A DNA stretch of 64,000 nucleotides from Candidatus Kerfeldbacteria bacterium (GCA_016214565.1 JACROE010000002.1:856007-920006), one strand, 5' to 3'; counted from the first letter of the stretch, positions 42,527-52,860 are shown. The notes: generated from the sequence alone by a model not told the origin. Made by a program: numbers and translations.

Positions 42527-43420
42527 TTATTTTTTTTGGTGGATGTGTGAGGCAATCAGCCGTGCTATCTCCAACCGCGTGAGATTCCAATGAATGTGGG
42601 TATCCGGTCGGAACCAGGTGCGTTGGCGTTTGGCGTATTGCTGGATTTCATGTTCGAGTTGCCGCACCATGTCCTGACGGGAGAGCTTCCTCTGGAGGTA
42701 GCGGCTGATATAGCGGTACTCCAGACCCAGTGCTTCCAGTCGTTTCCAGCTTACTCCACGGCGGTGTAGTCGCTGCACTTCAGCGATCATGCCGCGCTGG
42801 AGCCGGGAGCGCAAACGAATCGCAATATTGCGGTGAAGTTTTTTTTGAGGTGGGTTAATCCCAATCATTAGTATGCGGTAGGGATTGCTTTTTGTCAGCG
42901 GGGGCACCGCGGCATCAGTTGCTTTGATAATTTCAATGGCGCGAATGAGACGATAGGGGTTTTGGCGGTCAATGGTTTTGGCGCGGCGGGGATCCAGGCC
43001 TTTGAGCAGGGTGTACAGTTGTGCTGGTGATTTTTTCATGAGCCGAGCCCGCAGTTTTTTATTTGGCTTGACTGACGGCAGGGCTAAATCATCAATCACC
43101 GTGCGAATCCAAAAACCGGTTCCACCCACCAGAAAGGGGAGGTGGCCGCGCCTGTGTATGTCATAAATGGCTTTTTGCGCGTCACGCTTAAAATGCGCCA
43201 CGGTGTATTCCTGGGTTGGTGTAGCCACATCGAGTAGGTGATGAGGCACTATCGTCTGTTCTTTTTTTGTGGCTTTGCCACTGCCGATATCCATGCCACG
43301 ATACACTTGGCGCGAGTCCGCGGAAACGATTTCACCATGGAATTTTTTAGCCAAAGCGAGTGACAACGAGGTTTTTCCCGAAGCAGTCGGCCCGACGATG
43401 ACAATGAGAGGTTGTTTCAT
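42527..43420 (-). CDS. miaA: tRNA dimethylallyltransferase
   Basis: GPTASGKT, SADSRQVY, VGGTG, YAKRQRTWF. Confidence 0.96.
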   Translation of the reverse strand: MKQPLIVIVGPTASGKTSLSLALAKKFHGEIVSADSRQVYRGMDIGSGKATKKEQTIVPHHLLDVATPTQEYTVAHFKRDAQKAIYDIHRRGHLPFLVGGTGFWIRTVIDDLALPSVKPNKKLRARLMKKSPAQLYTLLKGLDPRRAKTIDRQNPYRLIRAIEIIKATDAAVPPLTKSNPYRILMIGINPPQKKLHRNIAIRLRSRLQRGMIAEVQRLHRRGVSWKRLEALGLEYRYISRYLQRKLSRQDMVRQLEHEIQQYAKRQRTWFRPDTHIHWNLTRLEIARLIASHIHQKK

Positions 43421-43534
43421 AGAAGTAAGTATAGCAGGCATATCGACATTTATCACCATTGACAAAAGGCTTGTTTGAGCGTACAATCGTCGACTACTGT
43501 ACTATTCACGTTCTTTAACTATACGGAGGTTTTC

Positions 43535-44203
43535 GTGCACAACCATGCACGTGGCCATAGAGTTTATCGTGTTGTTCGCGTGTTGATTAAGCGCAATCCG
43601 CTTAAGTCAATTCTCATCGCTGCATTCGCGGCATTCTGGATCGGCGTTGGTTGCTATCACTTTCTCGTTCAGTATGAATGGGGACGGTGGCTGATGACGC
43701 TTGTCGCGACCATGTATTGGTCAGAAGCAAGTGTGTCAACCATGGTGGCAACCGGTCGGCCTTTCTGGGAAATCGTATGCTTTGTTCTTCTCGCGGATGG
43801 TTTGATTATTACTGGCGAAGTACTGGTGTATGCACCTGTCTTGGCCTGGAAAAAATCTAAGGGAATCTTTGATTGGTTTTCGTGGCAGCTAAAAAAACTG
43901 CTGATATTACCATTTAGACTTCTCAGCCATCTTTCGCCGCGTTTCCAGCATTGGCTGGAACGACTTGAAGCACGGTTTTCTGGATATCACAAAAATCCAG
44001 GCACGGTCGGCCTCGGCGTTCTCTTCATGCTTGGACTGGTTCCGCGCATTCCCGGATTTGTTATCGGTGGTGTCAGTATCGGGGTTTTTGCGCTTCGGTA
44101 CAACAAAACCGGTTTCCCCGGATGGATTGCGCTGATATCAGCGATACTGCTGCGCCACGGCATCTGGCTGGGCGCGCAATACGGACTCTGGTCACTTTTT
44201 TAG
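43535..44203 (+). CDS. Orphan polytopic membrane protein
   Basis: TTGACA-17-TACAAT at 43459-43487, GGAGG SD, GTG start, terminator 44205-44245. Confidence 0.7.
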   Translation: MHNHARGHRVYRVVRVLIKRNPLKSILIAAFAAFWIGVGCYHFLVQYEWGRWLMTLVATMYWSEASVSTMVATGRPFWEIVCFVLLADGLIITGEVLVYAPVLAWKKSKGIFDWFSWQLKKLLILPFRLLSHLSPRFQHWLERLEARFSGYHKNPGTVGLGVLFMLGLVPRIPGFVIGGVSIGVFALRYNKTGFPGWIALISAILLRHGIWLGAQYGLWSLF

Positions 44204-44274
44204 CAACAAGCCTTTGTGGAATCCACCGAGGCTTGTTATTTTTTTATAGTGCGGTGGTGTGCTATACTGATATT

Positions 44275-44430
44275 ATGGATATTGAACAATTTCCTTCTTC
44301 ATCAGAACAAAAGCAAACACTTACCAAAACTACCGCGCCGATGACCGTTGCGGTGAAAGTATTGGTTACGGTGATAGTGCTGGGCGCGGTTGCTGGCGGT
44401 ATTTACGCAGCCGTGGTGCTTTCACAGTAG
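44275..44430 (+). CDS. Small C-terminally anchored peptide (51 aa), probably leaderless
   Basis: TGCTATACT ends 6 nt before ATG; TM helix; hairpin downstream. Confidence 0.5.
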   Translation: MDIEQFPSSSEQKQTLTKTTAPMTVAVKVLVTVIVLGAVAGGIYAAVVLSQ

Positions 44431-44483
44431 TCGTTGCTGGTCATGAATTACGCAGGTGCCAGCTTGTGAGGGCTGGTTTTTAG

Positions 44484-44529
44484 TTATCCACAGCCTTATC
44501 GTTGACCTACGATTTACGTGTGATACACT
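44484..44529 (+). promoter_or_regulatory. DnaA box plus promoter of the candidate ncRNA
   Basis: TTATCCACA at 44484-44492; TTGACC at 44502; extended -10 TGA-TACACT at 44521-44529. Confidence 0.55.
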
Positions 44530-44535
44530 CCCGGA

Positions 44536-44862
44536 TACCTTTACGGAAGTTAGTACACGTTATTTCCGGGAAGGGAGAGTCAACCGTTGTTGATTTTGGT
44601 GATGTCTCACACATCATGTATGTGTACACTCCACGTTGAGTGTAATTTGAGACTTATGTCATCAATTGCGCCACTGCGAGCTTTCGACTCCCAGTATGCT
44701 GGGATCGCACGTGACCGCGTAGGCACGTTTTTTCTTGAGTGACCCATTGGTTGCATCCTGTTGTGCACCAAACGTGCATGCGATTATTATCGCCCTACTC
44801 AACATTTTTCAGACTTTCCCTTTCCCGAAGAGGGCACTCACCATGAGTGCCCTACTTTTTTT
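44536..44862 (+). ncRNA. Candidate structured ncRNA of unknown family
   Basis: Closing stem 44568-44581/44812-44826 with nested helices; flanked by promoter and terminator. Confidence 0.6.
44831..44862 (+). terminator. Intrinsic terminator
   Basis: AGGGCACTCA-CCA-TGAGTGCCCT followed by a T run. Confidence 0.8.
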
Positions 44863-44899
44863 ACCCACGCACCAGTCCCCGAACCACTCACTCTCGTTT

Positions 44900-46675
44900 T
44901 CACTTCCGTTTTTCGATTTCTTGTTGGACACGCTTGATAAATGCCGTTTGGGAAATAGCAAGTAATGTTTTTTTGCCGCGCAACCGGACTGCCAGCTTGC
45001 TGCTGTTCATTTCTTTATCGCCGATGACCAGCATGTAGGGGACTTTCTGCTTTTCTGCATTACGAATTTTGTAACCAACGGTTTCATTCGCATCGATTAG
45101 TTTCGAGCGGATGCCGGCTGCGATAAATAGTTGGTGTAATTTTTTTGCGTAGCGGATATGTGCTTTACCAACCGTTAATATTGCCACCTGCACCGGTGCC
45201 AGCCAGACGGGGAAGGCGCCGGCAAAATGTTCAATCAAGATTCCCACAAAACGTTCCATGCTGCCCAGGATGGCGCGATGAATAATGACTGGTCGGACGT
45301 CATTGCCATGTTCATCGGTGTAACTGAGGTTAAATCGCTCAGGAACATTATAGTCGAGCTGAATCGTGGTTAATTGCCATGAGCGACCGAGCGCGTCATT
45401 GATATTGATATCAACCTTTGGCCCATAGAAGGCGCCGTCTTTTTCTTTCAATTCAAAAGGTATTTTTTGTGACTTGAGTGCGCTAGCTAATTCCTTTTCC
45501 GCGGCGCGCCAGGTAGCTTCGGTGCCGAGGTGCTGGTCGGGCATGGTGGAGAGATAGAATTTTGGCTGGAATCCGAAATATTTATACACTCGTTTCATCA
45601 TCGCCAGGCATTGCTTCACTTCTGCCTGGATCTGGTCCGGGCGGGCGTAGATATGCGCGTCATCCATCGTAAATTGCCGCACACGAAAAAGTCCACCCAA
45701 GGCGCCGGATAATTCATTCCGCGAGTTTAGTCCGAATTCTGCCAAACGCACAGGAAGCTCGCGGTAACTACGCTTGTGCCGGCGATACACAAACGTTGAG
45801 CCCGGACAATTCATGGGTTTCAATGAATACGTTTGCTTTTCCACGTCCATGAGAAACATGTTGTCCTGGTAGTGATCCCAGTGGCCTGATTCCTGCCATA
45901 GCTTTTGGTGAATGATTTGCGGTGTTTTAATCTCCACATAGGCATCGCGTTGGAGTTCACTGCGTATAAGGTCCTCGAGCAGGCGATAGATAATCATGCC
46001 CTGAGGCAGCCAAAATGCGGCGCCAGGGGAGACGTCGTGGAAATCAAACAGCTCGAGGTCATTGCCCAATTTGCGGTGATCGCGCTTTTTCATTTCTTCT
46101 TGAAGTGTCAGATATGCATCCAGCTCTGCTTTGGTCGGGAAAGCCACGCCATAAATCCGCTGGAGCATGGGATTTTTTTCGTCCCCACGCCAGTAGGCGC
46201 CGGCCGTCCGTGTCAGTTTAAATGCGTCAGCTTTGATTTGCTTGGTAGACTCGAGGTGGCCGCCGCGGCAGAGATCAACGAATTTGCCGGTCGTGTACGC
46301 GGTAATAGTTGCCGCGGGTTTTCCAGCTGGTGCGTTTTCCAATTCATCAAAAACTGTTGTACCCTTGGTGGCCAAATCTTGTATCAACTCAAGTTTAAAT
46401 GGTTGCCCAGCAAACAGTTTTTTCGCGTCAGCCACCGATAATTCCTGGCGTTCAAATCCTAAGCTCTGGGAAATCAATTTCCGCATTTCTTTTTCTATCT
46501 TGAGTAAGTCCTGCGGAATCAATGGCCGCGGCAAGTCAAAGTCGTAATAAAATCCGCTTTCAATCACTGGGCCAATGCCCAGCTTCGCCTCAGGAAATAT
46601 TCTGAGTACGGCGGCGGCTAAGACGTGGGCGAGCGAGTGGCGGAGCTCATGAAATTGATGCATTGGTTTTTCCAT
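44900..46675 (-). CDS. thrS: Threonine-tRNA ligase (no TGS domain)
   Basis: LRHSLAH, DLCRG, RDHRKLG, KPMNCPG, GAFYGPK, HRAILGSMERF. Confidence 0.97.
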   Translation of the reverse strand: MEKPMHQFHELRHSLAHVLAAAVLRIFPEAKLGIGPVIESGFYYDFDLPRPLIPQDLLKIEKEMRKLISQSLGFERQELSVADAKKLFAGQPFKLELIQDLATKGTTVFDELENAPAGKPAATITAYTTGKFVDLCRGGHLESTKQIKADAFKLTRTAGAYWRGDEKNPMLQRIYGVAFPTKAELDAYLTLQEEMKKRDHRKLGNDLELFDFHDVSPGAAFWLPQGMIIYRLLEDLIRSELQRDAYVEIKTPQIIHQKLWQESGHWDHYQDNMFLMDVEKQTYSLKPMNCPGSTFVYRRHKRSYRELPVRLAEFGLNSRNELSGALGGLFRVRQFTMDDAHIYARPDQIQAEVKQCLAMMKRVYKYFGFQPKFYLSTMPDQHLGTEATWRAAEKELASALKSQKIPFELKEKDGAFYGPKVDININDALGRSWQLTTIQLDYNVPERFNLSYTDEHGNDVRPVIIHRAILGSMERFVGILIEHFAGAFPVWLAPVQVAILTVGKAHIRYAKKLHQLFIAAGIRSKLIDANETVGYKIRNAEKQKVPYMLVIGDKEMNSSKLAVRLRGKKTLLAISQTAFIKRVQQEIEKRK

Positions 46676-46685
46676 AGTATTGTAA

Positions 46686-46870
46686 TTAAAAATTCCCAAA
46701 ACGTATGACGTTTTGGGGTCCAATTGATATGTGGACGGTTCCACCCAAATTCCTGCCCATAGGCAGACAACTTCGTTTAAGGTGTTATTGGTTTAGTCCC
46801 GCGTATCCGCAGGATAGAAGCGCTGCTTCTCGAGTGGTTGGTAGTCACTCCATATTCCAATCAACACCAG
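46686..46870 (-). promoter_or_regulatory. T-box riboswitch leader of thrS
   Basis: Minus strand: stem I GGTGTTGATTGG/CCAATAACACC, T-box AATTTGGGTGGAACCG, terminator CCCAAAACGT/ACGTTTTGGG; TTGACA promoter at 46904. Confidence 0.75.
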
Positions 46871-46909
46871 TATTAGAGTACCGCGCTAACGGCACCGGTG
46901 TCAAGAAAA

Positions 46910-48079
46910 TTACTCTTCAATAGTTACCGCGATATGATCGGTCAAGCCAGGGGATTGACGCACCCAGAATGGAGAAAAGCGGACCGAGACTGATTGTACC
47001 TCGTCAAAATGGGAAAAGTATTCTCGAATTTCTTGCTCATCTTTATTGATCAATTTTTCCCGATCAAAAATCGGATTATCCAAGCGGGGGATGACATGTT
47101 GAGAAAAACTTGCGGTAAGGTTAGCAACCTTTTTTTCAAGGTCATATGATTTGACGCTCATCGTAATTTCTGGTGCTGCATCTGGTGCGACACGGACCTC
47201 GGCCGTTAGTTCGCTTTCAAAATTAGTTTGTAGCAATTCCGTCAGCCGTGTTTGGTCATAGGCGACGATGACAACTCGCGCACTGACGGTTACAGTGAAG
47301 GTGCTGGCTTCCTCTCCTGCTTCAGGCGTACTTAGTGTTTCTAGTGCTGTGACATCGATGGCATCAGGACTGATAGTCATGCCAGTTCCCACGGCGGCAG
47401 AATCACCGCCGAGTTCGGCAATGGCGTCATTTTTTATGTCATTGAGAACATCATCGCGAGCATTTGCCACATCTTGTTGAGTGAGGATGCGCACGGTGCG
47501 CAAGCCGCCGGTCATAGTTTCCGTGCTCTCGGCGTAGATATCATCTTGTAGTCCTTCCCACAAGCCTGGGATGATGAAGCGTGTTGGCTTAATATTTCCC
47601 TGGGGTCCGGCTTGGTCGGCATACACTGCTACGTTTTCGACTGACTCTCCGGCGGGGATGTCCACGCGCTCTTTGATGCGGAAAAGGACGCCGTCCGGGG
47701 TAAGTAGGCGGGTGGTGGCTGCCAGCACTTGCGTATCTGACCAGTTATTATAAATCGTGACAGTACCCGTGGCTTGGGCGGGTTGTTCGGTGCCCTCGCC
47801 CTCCAGGACGATCGAGGCCGATTTTTCGTATTCACGAGAAATAACACTGCCTGGGACAGCCGGAGAACTGAAAGTTGGCACCTGATCGGCGGGGGCGACA
47901 TTGACAGACAGCGTGTTAGTTTCCGGGACAGGATTAAGGGTCACGCGGATTTCAGTTTTTGAAAAAGAAAAATACACGATTAATCCTAGAATGATGGCAA
48001 CGGCCGCCGTGAAACCCATGAGCAGCCGCCGATAACTAGCTCCGGTTTTTACGCCTTGGAAATAATGCTTTTTGGTCAT
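46910..48079 (-). CDS. Membrane-anchored protein, baseplate-J-like domain
   Basis: TM helix, ATGTVTIYN, VYADQAGPQGNI, TGG motifs. Confidence 0.65.
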   Translation of the reverse strand: MTKKHYFQGVKTGASYRRLLMGFTAAVAIILGLIVYFSFSKTEIRVTLNPVPETNTLSVNVAPADQVPTFSSPAVPGSVISREYEKSASIVLEGEGTEQPAQATGTVTIYNNWSDTQVLAATTRLLTPDGVLFRIKERVDIPAGESVENVAVYADQAGPQGNIKPTRFIIPGLWEGLQDDIYAESTETMTGGLRTVRILTQQDVANARDDVLNDIKNDAIAELGGDSAAVGTGMTISPDAIDVTALETLSTPEAGEEASTFTVTVSARVVIVAYDQTRLTELLQTNFESELTAEVRVAPDAAPEITMSVKSYDLEKKVANLTASFSQHVIPRLDNPIFDREKLINKDEQEIREYFSHFDEVQSVSVRFSPFWVRQSPGLTDHIAVTIEE

Positions 48080-51000
48080 TGTTGTTCGGTCACTATTATA
48101 TTTTCCGCGCCGATTAATTCGCTAATCGGAGCAATGGCGTCTTTGCTGACGCGGGCGCTGGTGACAATTTTTTTCGGTTGATTATTCACGGTCATTCGCA
48201 GATGAATGTGATACGAGCCTGGGAAATTTCCAAACGTCAGCTTGAGTGCTTCAAATGCCTCTCGGCTAGTGGTGGGGGGGATGGTCAAATAAATTATACC
48301 ACCAGTAGCGTCGGGTGTCGCGGCGATATGAGATGTGCCAAGCACGGGAGAGTGCTCGACCAGCTCCAGTGTACGCGCTTCGTCAGCCAGCATTTTTGGC
48401 ACTCCATCCTTATCAGAAATTTTCCCGGAAACGAGTACGCGGGCATCCTCGACCCAGAGTGCTGGCCGCGCTTGCAGTACGGAGGGAAATACCAGTACTT
48501 CGATGCGGCCAGACATGTCTTCGAGCTTAGCGAAAAGCATGGCTTGGTTGGCGCGGGTGATTTTCTTTTGGATACTGGTAATAACTCCAGCCACGGTGAT
48601 TCGTTTATTGCGGGTTGCCAGTGCTTCATTGATCGGTGTGGCCTGAGCCTTGATCTGGTCAGTATATTCAGCCAGCGGGTGCTCGGAAATGTACAATCCA
48701 AGCAATTCTTTTTCCCAGGCGAGACGTTGTTGCTTCGTGGCCGCCGGGGTTGGCTTGAGACGCAGTTGGGGAGCGTGTTGCGTAGGGAGCGTACCAAATA
48801 AATTTATTTGGCTGTTGTTTGCTTCGGATTCAGCGGAGCGTGCCATCAGCAACAGCGATTCCAGATTGTGCAAGAGTTGATTTTGTTCGCCAAACGAACC
48901 AAGCGCCCCTGATTTAATGAGACTTTCAAGAGATTTTTTATTTAAATCTTTCGTTTGCACACGAGTCAAGAAATCTTCGAGGTTGCGGTAATTACCATTA
49001 TCCTTACGCTCTTTAATAATTGTTTTGACTACATTAAATCCAACGTTTTTTATTGCCAGTAAACCAAAGCGGATTTTCTTTTCCGGTTTTTTTGTTTTTG
49101 GGTCAAACACCGCAGTAAATGTCGAATAGCTTTCATTGATGTCGGGTGGCAGCACTTTAATACCCATGCGTTCGCATTCCTCGACTTCAATAGCAATTCG
49201 ATCCACGTCGCCATAGTCGGAGGTCAGCAGGGAAGCCATAAATTCATCGGGGTAATGCGCCTTAAAATAAGCTGTTTGATAGGCGATCAGGGCATAGCAG
49301 GCGGCGTGAGCGCGATTGAAACCATAGCGGGCAAACGGCTCAATAAATTGCCAGATATGTTCGGCGGTAGAACGGGGAATTTCATTTTTGATCATGCCCT
49401 GGATCATCTTGTCGCGCTGTTCATCAAGTAAGGCTTTGATCTTTTTACCCACGGCTTTGCGCAAGACGTCAGCTTCAGCTAGTGTGAAGCCGGCTAAGTC
49501 GCGGGCGATTTGCATTACTTGTTCCTGGTAGACCGCGATACCGTATGTTTTTTCTAGAATCGGTTGCAGTTTCGGATGCAAATACGTGAGTTGTTTCCGT
49601 CCGTGCTTGCCATCAATGAAGTCGGGAATGAGTTCCATCGGTCCCGGTCGGTAGAGCGCCACCATGGCAATGATATCCTCAAATTCAGTCGGCTTGAGCT
49701 GCTTTAAATAGCGCTTCATGCCCGCAGATTCCAACTGAAAAACACCGGTGGTTTCACCGCGCTGCAAAATTTTGAAAGTCACCTTATCTTCCAGGGGCAG
49801 GCTGTCGATGGACATCTCTTGGCCACGCGCTTTGCGGATAATATCAATCGTGTTCTCCAGGATAGTTAGGTTCTTCAGCCCAAGAAAATCCATCTTGAGC
49901 AGGCCAAGCGCTTCCACGGCGTATAAGTCATACTGGGTAATAATCGCTTCTTCAGCTTGATTGGGCGGGTATTGGACCGGTACATAGTTGTCGAGTGCTT
50001 CTTTGGTAATGACGACACCACAGGCGTGGGTGGAAGCATGGCGAGCGACGCCTTCCAGTTTGCGTGCGGCGCTGATTACTTTCTGTGCATCTGGATCCTG
50101 CGTGTACAGCTCTTTGAATTCCGGCACTTGTTCAAGAGCCTGATCAATGGTGGAAAACATTGGAATAAGTTTCGCAATTTTGTCGCAGTAGCTGTATGGA
50201 ATATCAAGTACGCGTCCAGCATCGCGAACGGCAGCCCGAGCCGCCATGGTACCGAAGGTGATTATTTGTGAAACATGGTCCTTGCCGTATTTTTTCTCGA
50301 CGTACCGGATGACTTCATCCCGGCGTGCATCAGCAAAATCCAAATCAATATCTGGCATGGAAATACGCTCGGGATTAAGAAACCGTTCGAAAAGCAAATC
50401 GTATTTCAGCGGATCTATATTGGTGATATTGGTCAGATAGGCGACAATACTGCCAGCGGCAGATCCGCGGCCAGGGCCAACTACGATACCGTTCTGCTTT
50501 GCCCAGTTGACGAAATCCTGAACAATCAGAAAGTATGAAGCAAATCCCGTTTTTTCAATGACATTGAGTTCATATTCAAGGCGGTCTAATACTTCTGCGT
50601 CATTGATTCGGTTCGGATAGCGCTTCGGTATTCCCTCGAGGCATAATTCGCGCAAGTACGAATTTGGCGTTTTTCCTTCGGGCACCGAGAAATAGGGGAG
50701 CTGGACTTCTCCCAAGGGGAGTTTGAGATTGCACAGGTCTGCTATTTTTTTAGTATTGCTAATAACTTCTGGGTGGTCGGAGAAAGCGGCAACCATCTGG
50801 TCACCTGAGCAAAATGAAAAGTCCTCGCCCATCATGGTCATGCGGTCAGGGTCGCCTTGTTTTTTCTTTGTCTGGATGCAGAGCAGTATATCCTGGTATT
50901 GGTCATCTTCGCGATTTGTGTAATGCACATCGTTGGTGGCGACTACCGGAATATCTAATTGTGCGCTCAGGTCGAATATTTTTTCGTTAACCTCTTTTTG

Positions 51001-51549
51001 CAATTCAATCGAAGGGTTATCCTGGACTTCAAGGAAGAAATTACCTTTACCTAAAATCCGCTCCAATTCACGAGCGTGTCGCTCGGCTTGTGCTATATCT
51101 CCCGCAATAATAGGCTGGGCGATCATGCCCTGTAGGCAGGCACTGAGTCCGATGATACCCTCGTGGTATTGTTCAAGCAAGGCGAGATCGATGCGAGGTT
51201 TGTAGTAATACCCTTCGAGGTGGGCGATGGTGGTTAGGCGAACTAAATTTTTATATCCCTGTAAATTTTTTGCCAGCAATACCAAATGATACGGACGTTC
51301 GTCGATCCGGGCTCGTTTTTGGGTGTGACCATTGCGTGCCACGTATGCCTCAACCCCGATGATGGGTTTGATGCCGGCTTTGGTGGCCGCTTGATAAAAT
51401 TCAATTGCGCCATGCATGACACCGTGGTCAGTCAGGGCGAGCGCCGGCATTTTGAATTCTTTGGCTTTGGCAATAAGTTCATCCACCTTGGATAAGCCAT
51501 CTAAGAGACTATAATGGCTATGGACATGGAGGTGAATGAAGTCCGACAT
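48076..51549 (-). CDS. dnaE: DNA polymerase III alpha subunit
   Basis: HLHVHSHYSLLDG PHP domain, GPGRGSAAGS, PDIDLDF, KMDFLGL, EKELLGLYISEHP. Confidence 0.97.
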   Translation of the reverse strand: MSDFIHLHVHSHYSLLDGLSKVDELIAKAKEFKMPALALTDHGVMHGAIEFYQAATKAGIKPIIGVEAYVARNGHTQKRARIDERPYHLVLLAKNLQGYKNLVRLTTIAHLEGYYYKPRIDLALLEQYHEGIIGLSACLQGMIAQPIIAGDIAQAERHARELERILGKGNFFLEVQDNPSIELQKEVNEKIFDLSAQLDIPVVATNDVHYTNREDDQYQDILLCIQTKKKQGDPDRMTMMGEDFSFCSGDQMVAAFSDHPEVISNTKKIADLCNLKLPLGEVQLPYFSVPEGKTPNSYLRELCLEGIPKRYPNRINDAEVLDRLEYELNVIEKTGFASYFLIVQDFVNWAKQNGIVVGPGRGSAAGSIVAYLTNITNIDPLKYDLLFERFLNPERISMPDIDLDFADARRDEVIRYVEKKYGKDHVSQIITFGTMAARAAVRDAGRVLDIPYSYCDKIAKLIPMFSTIDQALEQVPEFKELYTQDPDAQKVISAARKLEGVARHASTHACGVVITKEALDNYVPVQYPPNQAEEAIITQYDLYAVEALGLLKMDFLGLKNLTILENTIDIIRKARGQEMSIDSLPLEDKVTFKILQRGETTGVFQLESAGMKRYLKQLKPTEFEDIIAMVALYRPGPMELIPDFIDGKHGRKQLTYLHPKLQPILEKTYGIAVYQEQVMQIARDLAGFTLAEADVLRKAVGKKIKALLDEQRDKMIQGMIKNEIPRSTAEHIWQFIEPFARYGFNRAHAACYALIAYQTAYFKAHYPDEFMASLLTSDYGDVDRIAIEVEECERMGIKVLPPDINESYSTFTAVFDPKTKKPEKKIRFGLLAIKNVGFNVVKTIIKERKDNGNYRNLEDFLTRVQTKDLNKKSLESLIKSGALGSFGEQNQLLHNLESLLLMARSAESEANNSQINLFGTLPTQHAPQLRLKPTPAATKQQRLAWEKELLGLYISEHPLAEYTDQIKAQATPINEALATRNKRITVAGVITSIQKKITRANQAMLFAKLEDMSGRIEVLVFPSVLQARPALWVEDARVLVSGKISDKDGVPKMLADEARTLELVEHSPVLGTSHIAATPDATGGIIYLTIPPTTSREAFEALKLTFGNFPGSYHIHLRMTVNNQPKKIVTSARVSKDAIAPISELIGAENIIVTEQQ

Positions 51550-51576
51550 ACGTGGGTGATCCGACAATAAACTCAA

Positions 51577-51903
51577 TTACGAATTTTGGGAATTTGATTT
51601 TTTTGCGGCACGCTTGGCGCGCTTGTTTTTGACAAATTCGAGAATTTCGCTGATACCTTTGAAGACGAGGGGAAGATACGAAGCTGAGTTTTTTAGTTTT
51701 TCTTCGACGAGATTGAATAATTGTTCAATTCGATCTAATTTTTCTTTGATGCTGATGATAATATCGCTGATTTCGCGGACCATGGCGTAGCCGCGCTTGA
51801 GAAGCATTACCACATAAAAGAGACCCCAAACCAAAAATACTGAGATCAGCGCAACACTGATTGCGAGTACCCAATTCAATACATCCCGACTTGTTTCAAA
51901 CAT
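51577..51903 (-). CDS. Hypothetical TM plus coiled-coil protein
   Basis: 108 aa, co-oriented upstream of dnaE. Confidence 0.7.
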   Translation of the reverse strand: MFETSRDVLNWVLAISVALISVFLVWGLFYVVMLLKRGYAMVREISDIIISIKEKLDRIEQLFNLVEEKLKNSASYLPLVFKGISEILEFVKNKRAKRAAKKSNSQNS

Positions 51904-52012
51904 AGGCTTTGTACAACTAATATGATAATTACCCCATTAGTATACCAATCAGCACCCTTTGGAGCAAGGGTTCCCCGGGAAGCATCAGCTGTGGTACACT
52001 ATAGGCACGTAT

Positions 52013-52831
52013 ATGTTTGATATTGATACAATTTGGTTGAAAATATCGTATTATTCGTTGTCCCATAAGGATGATTTGCGCAAGTGGTATGTCATCGTCA
52101 TGTTGGCCGTGGCGGTATTTTTTGTAGTGTTTTCCATTACTAATATCGTTTTGTACACTATTGGCATTCCTCGTCAGCAGCGGTTGATTAGCGAAATTGC
52201 CCAGTCGCCGGTTGATTTTGTTACGGTGCGCCAGCAGTCCACACCGCAGGCTCTCCAGCTGTCCTCAACGTATGCTATTGCCGGGTCTGGTGGGCGATAT
52301 GACGTAGTCGCACCGGTAACTAACCCGAATCAGGATTGGTTTGCCGAGGTGACGTATTCAGTGACCGTGGGAGGAATTGCCAGCGATCCATACACTGATG
52401 TGGTCAATCCGGACAGTCGGTCATATTTAGTTGCCTTGGGTGCGAGCGGCCCTACTGGCGGCGGTTCGTCTGCCCAATTTTCCCTGGTCGCCGTAAATTG
52501 GTATCGAGTCGACCATCGGGAGAAATTACCTACATTAGATTTCGCCATTACCGATGTGGCGTATTCGACACTGACGGATGCGACTGTGGTCAGTCACCAA
52601 GTCCAAGCGACCGTAACCAATAATTCGTATACCAATTTTTTTGAAGTGCCATTTATCGTTCTTCTATTTAATGGTGAGAACATCGTAGGTGTGAACTATG
52701 CCTACGTAAAGCAATTTATGTTCGATACCAGTGAGACGATAACGGTGAAATGGTCCACGGTAACAGGTTCGGTTACGGGAGTGCAGGTAGAGACGGATTT
52801 AAATTTACTTAATGCTGATAATATTATCTAA
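52013..52831 (+). CDS. Membrane-anchored beta-sandwich hypothetical protein
   Basis: TM helix then two Ig-like segments (VTNPN, VTNNS); upstream of rodA. Confidence 0.7.
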   Translation: MFDIDTIWLKISYYSLSHKDDLRKWYVIVMLAVAVFFVVFSITNIVLYTIGIPRQQRLISEIAQSPVDFVTVRQQSTPQALQLSSTYAIAGSGGRYDVVAPVTNPNQDWFAEVTYSVTVGGIASDPYTDVVNPDSRSYLVALGASGPTGGGSSAQFSLVAVNWYRVDHREKLPTLDFAITDVAYSTLTDATVVSHQVQATVTNNSYTNFFEVPFIVLLFNGENIVGVNYAYVKQFMFDTSETITVKWSTVTGSVTGVQVETDLNLLNADNII

Positions 52832-52860
52832 GGTCAGCACCGACGACGCGGGAAACTGCT

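Noticed and set aside
44484-44492. oriC, from DnaA boxes here and at 63460-63468
   Set aside because: Isolated single boxes; no cluster, unwinding element or dnaA gene
44536-44830. RNase P, tmRNA, SRP or 6S assignment
   Set aside because: Signature motifs not found by eye, and the fold is branched rather than rod-like; a divergent member cannot be excluded without Rfam
46910-48079. Prophage, from the baseplate-J-like domain
   Set aside because: TM-anchored, overlaps dnaE, and no other phage genes
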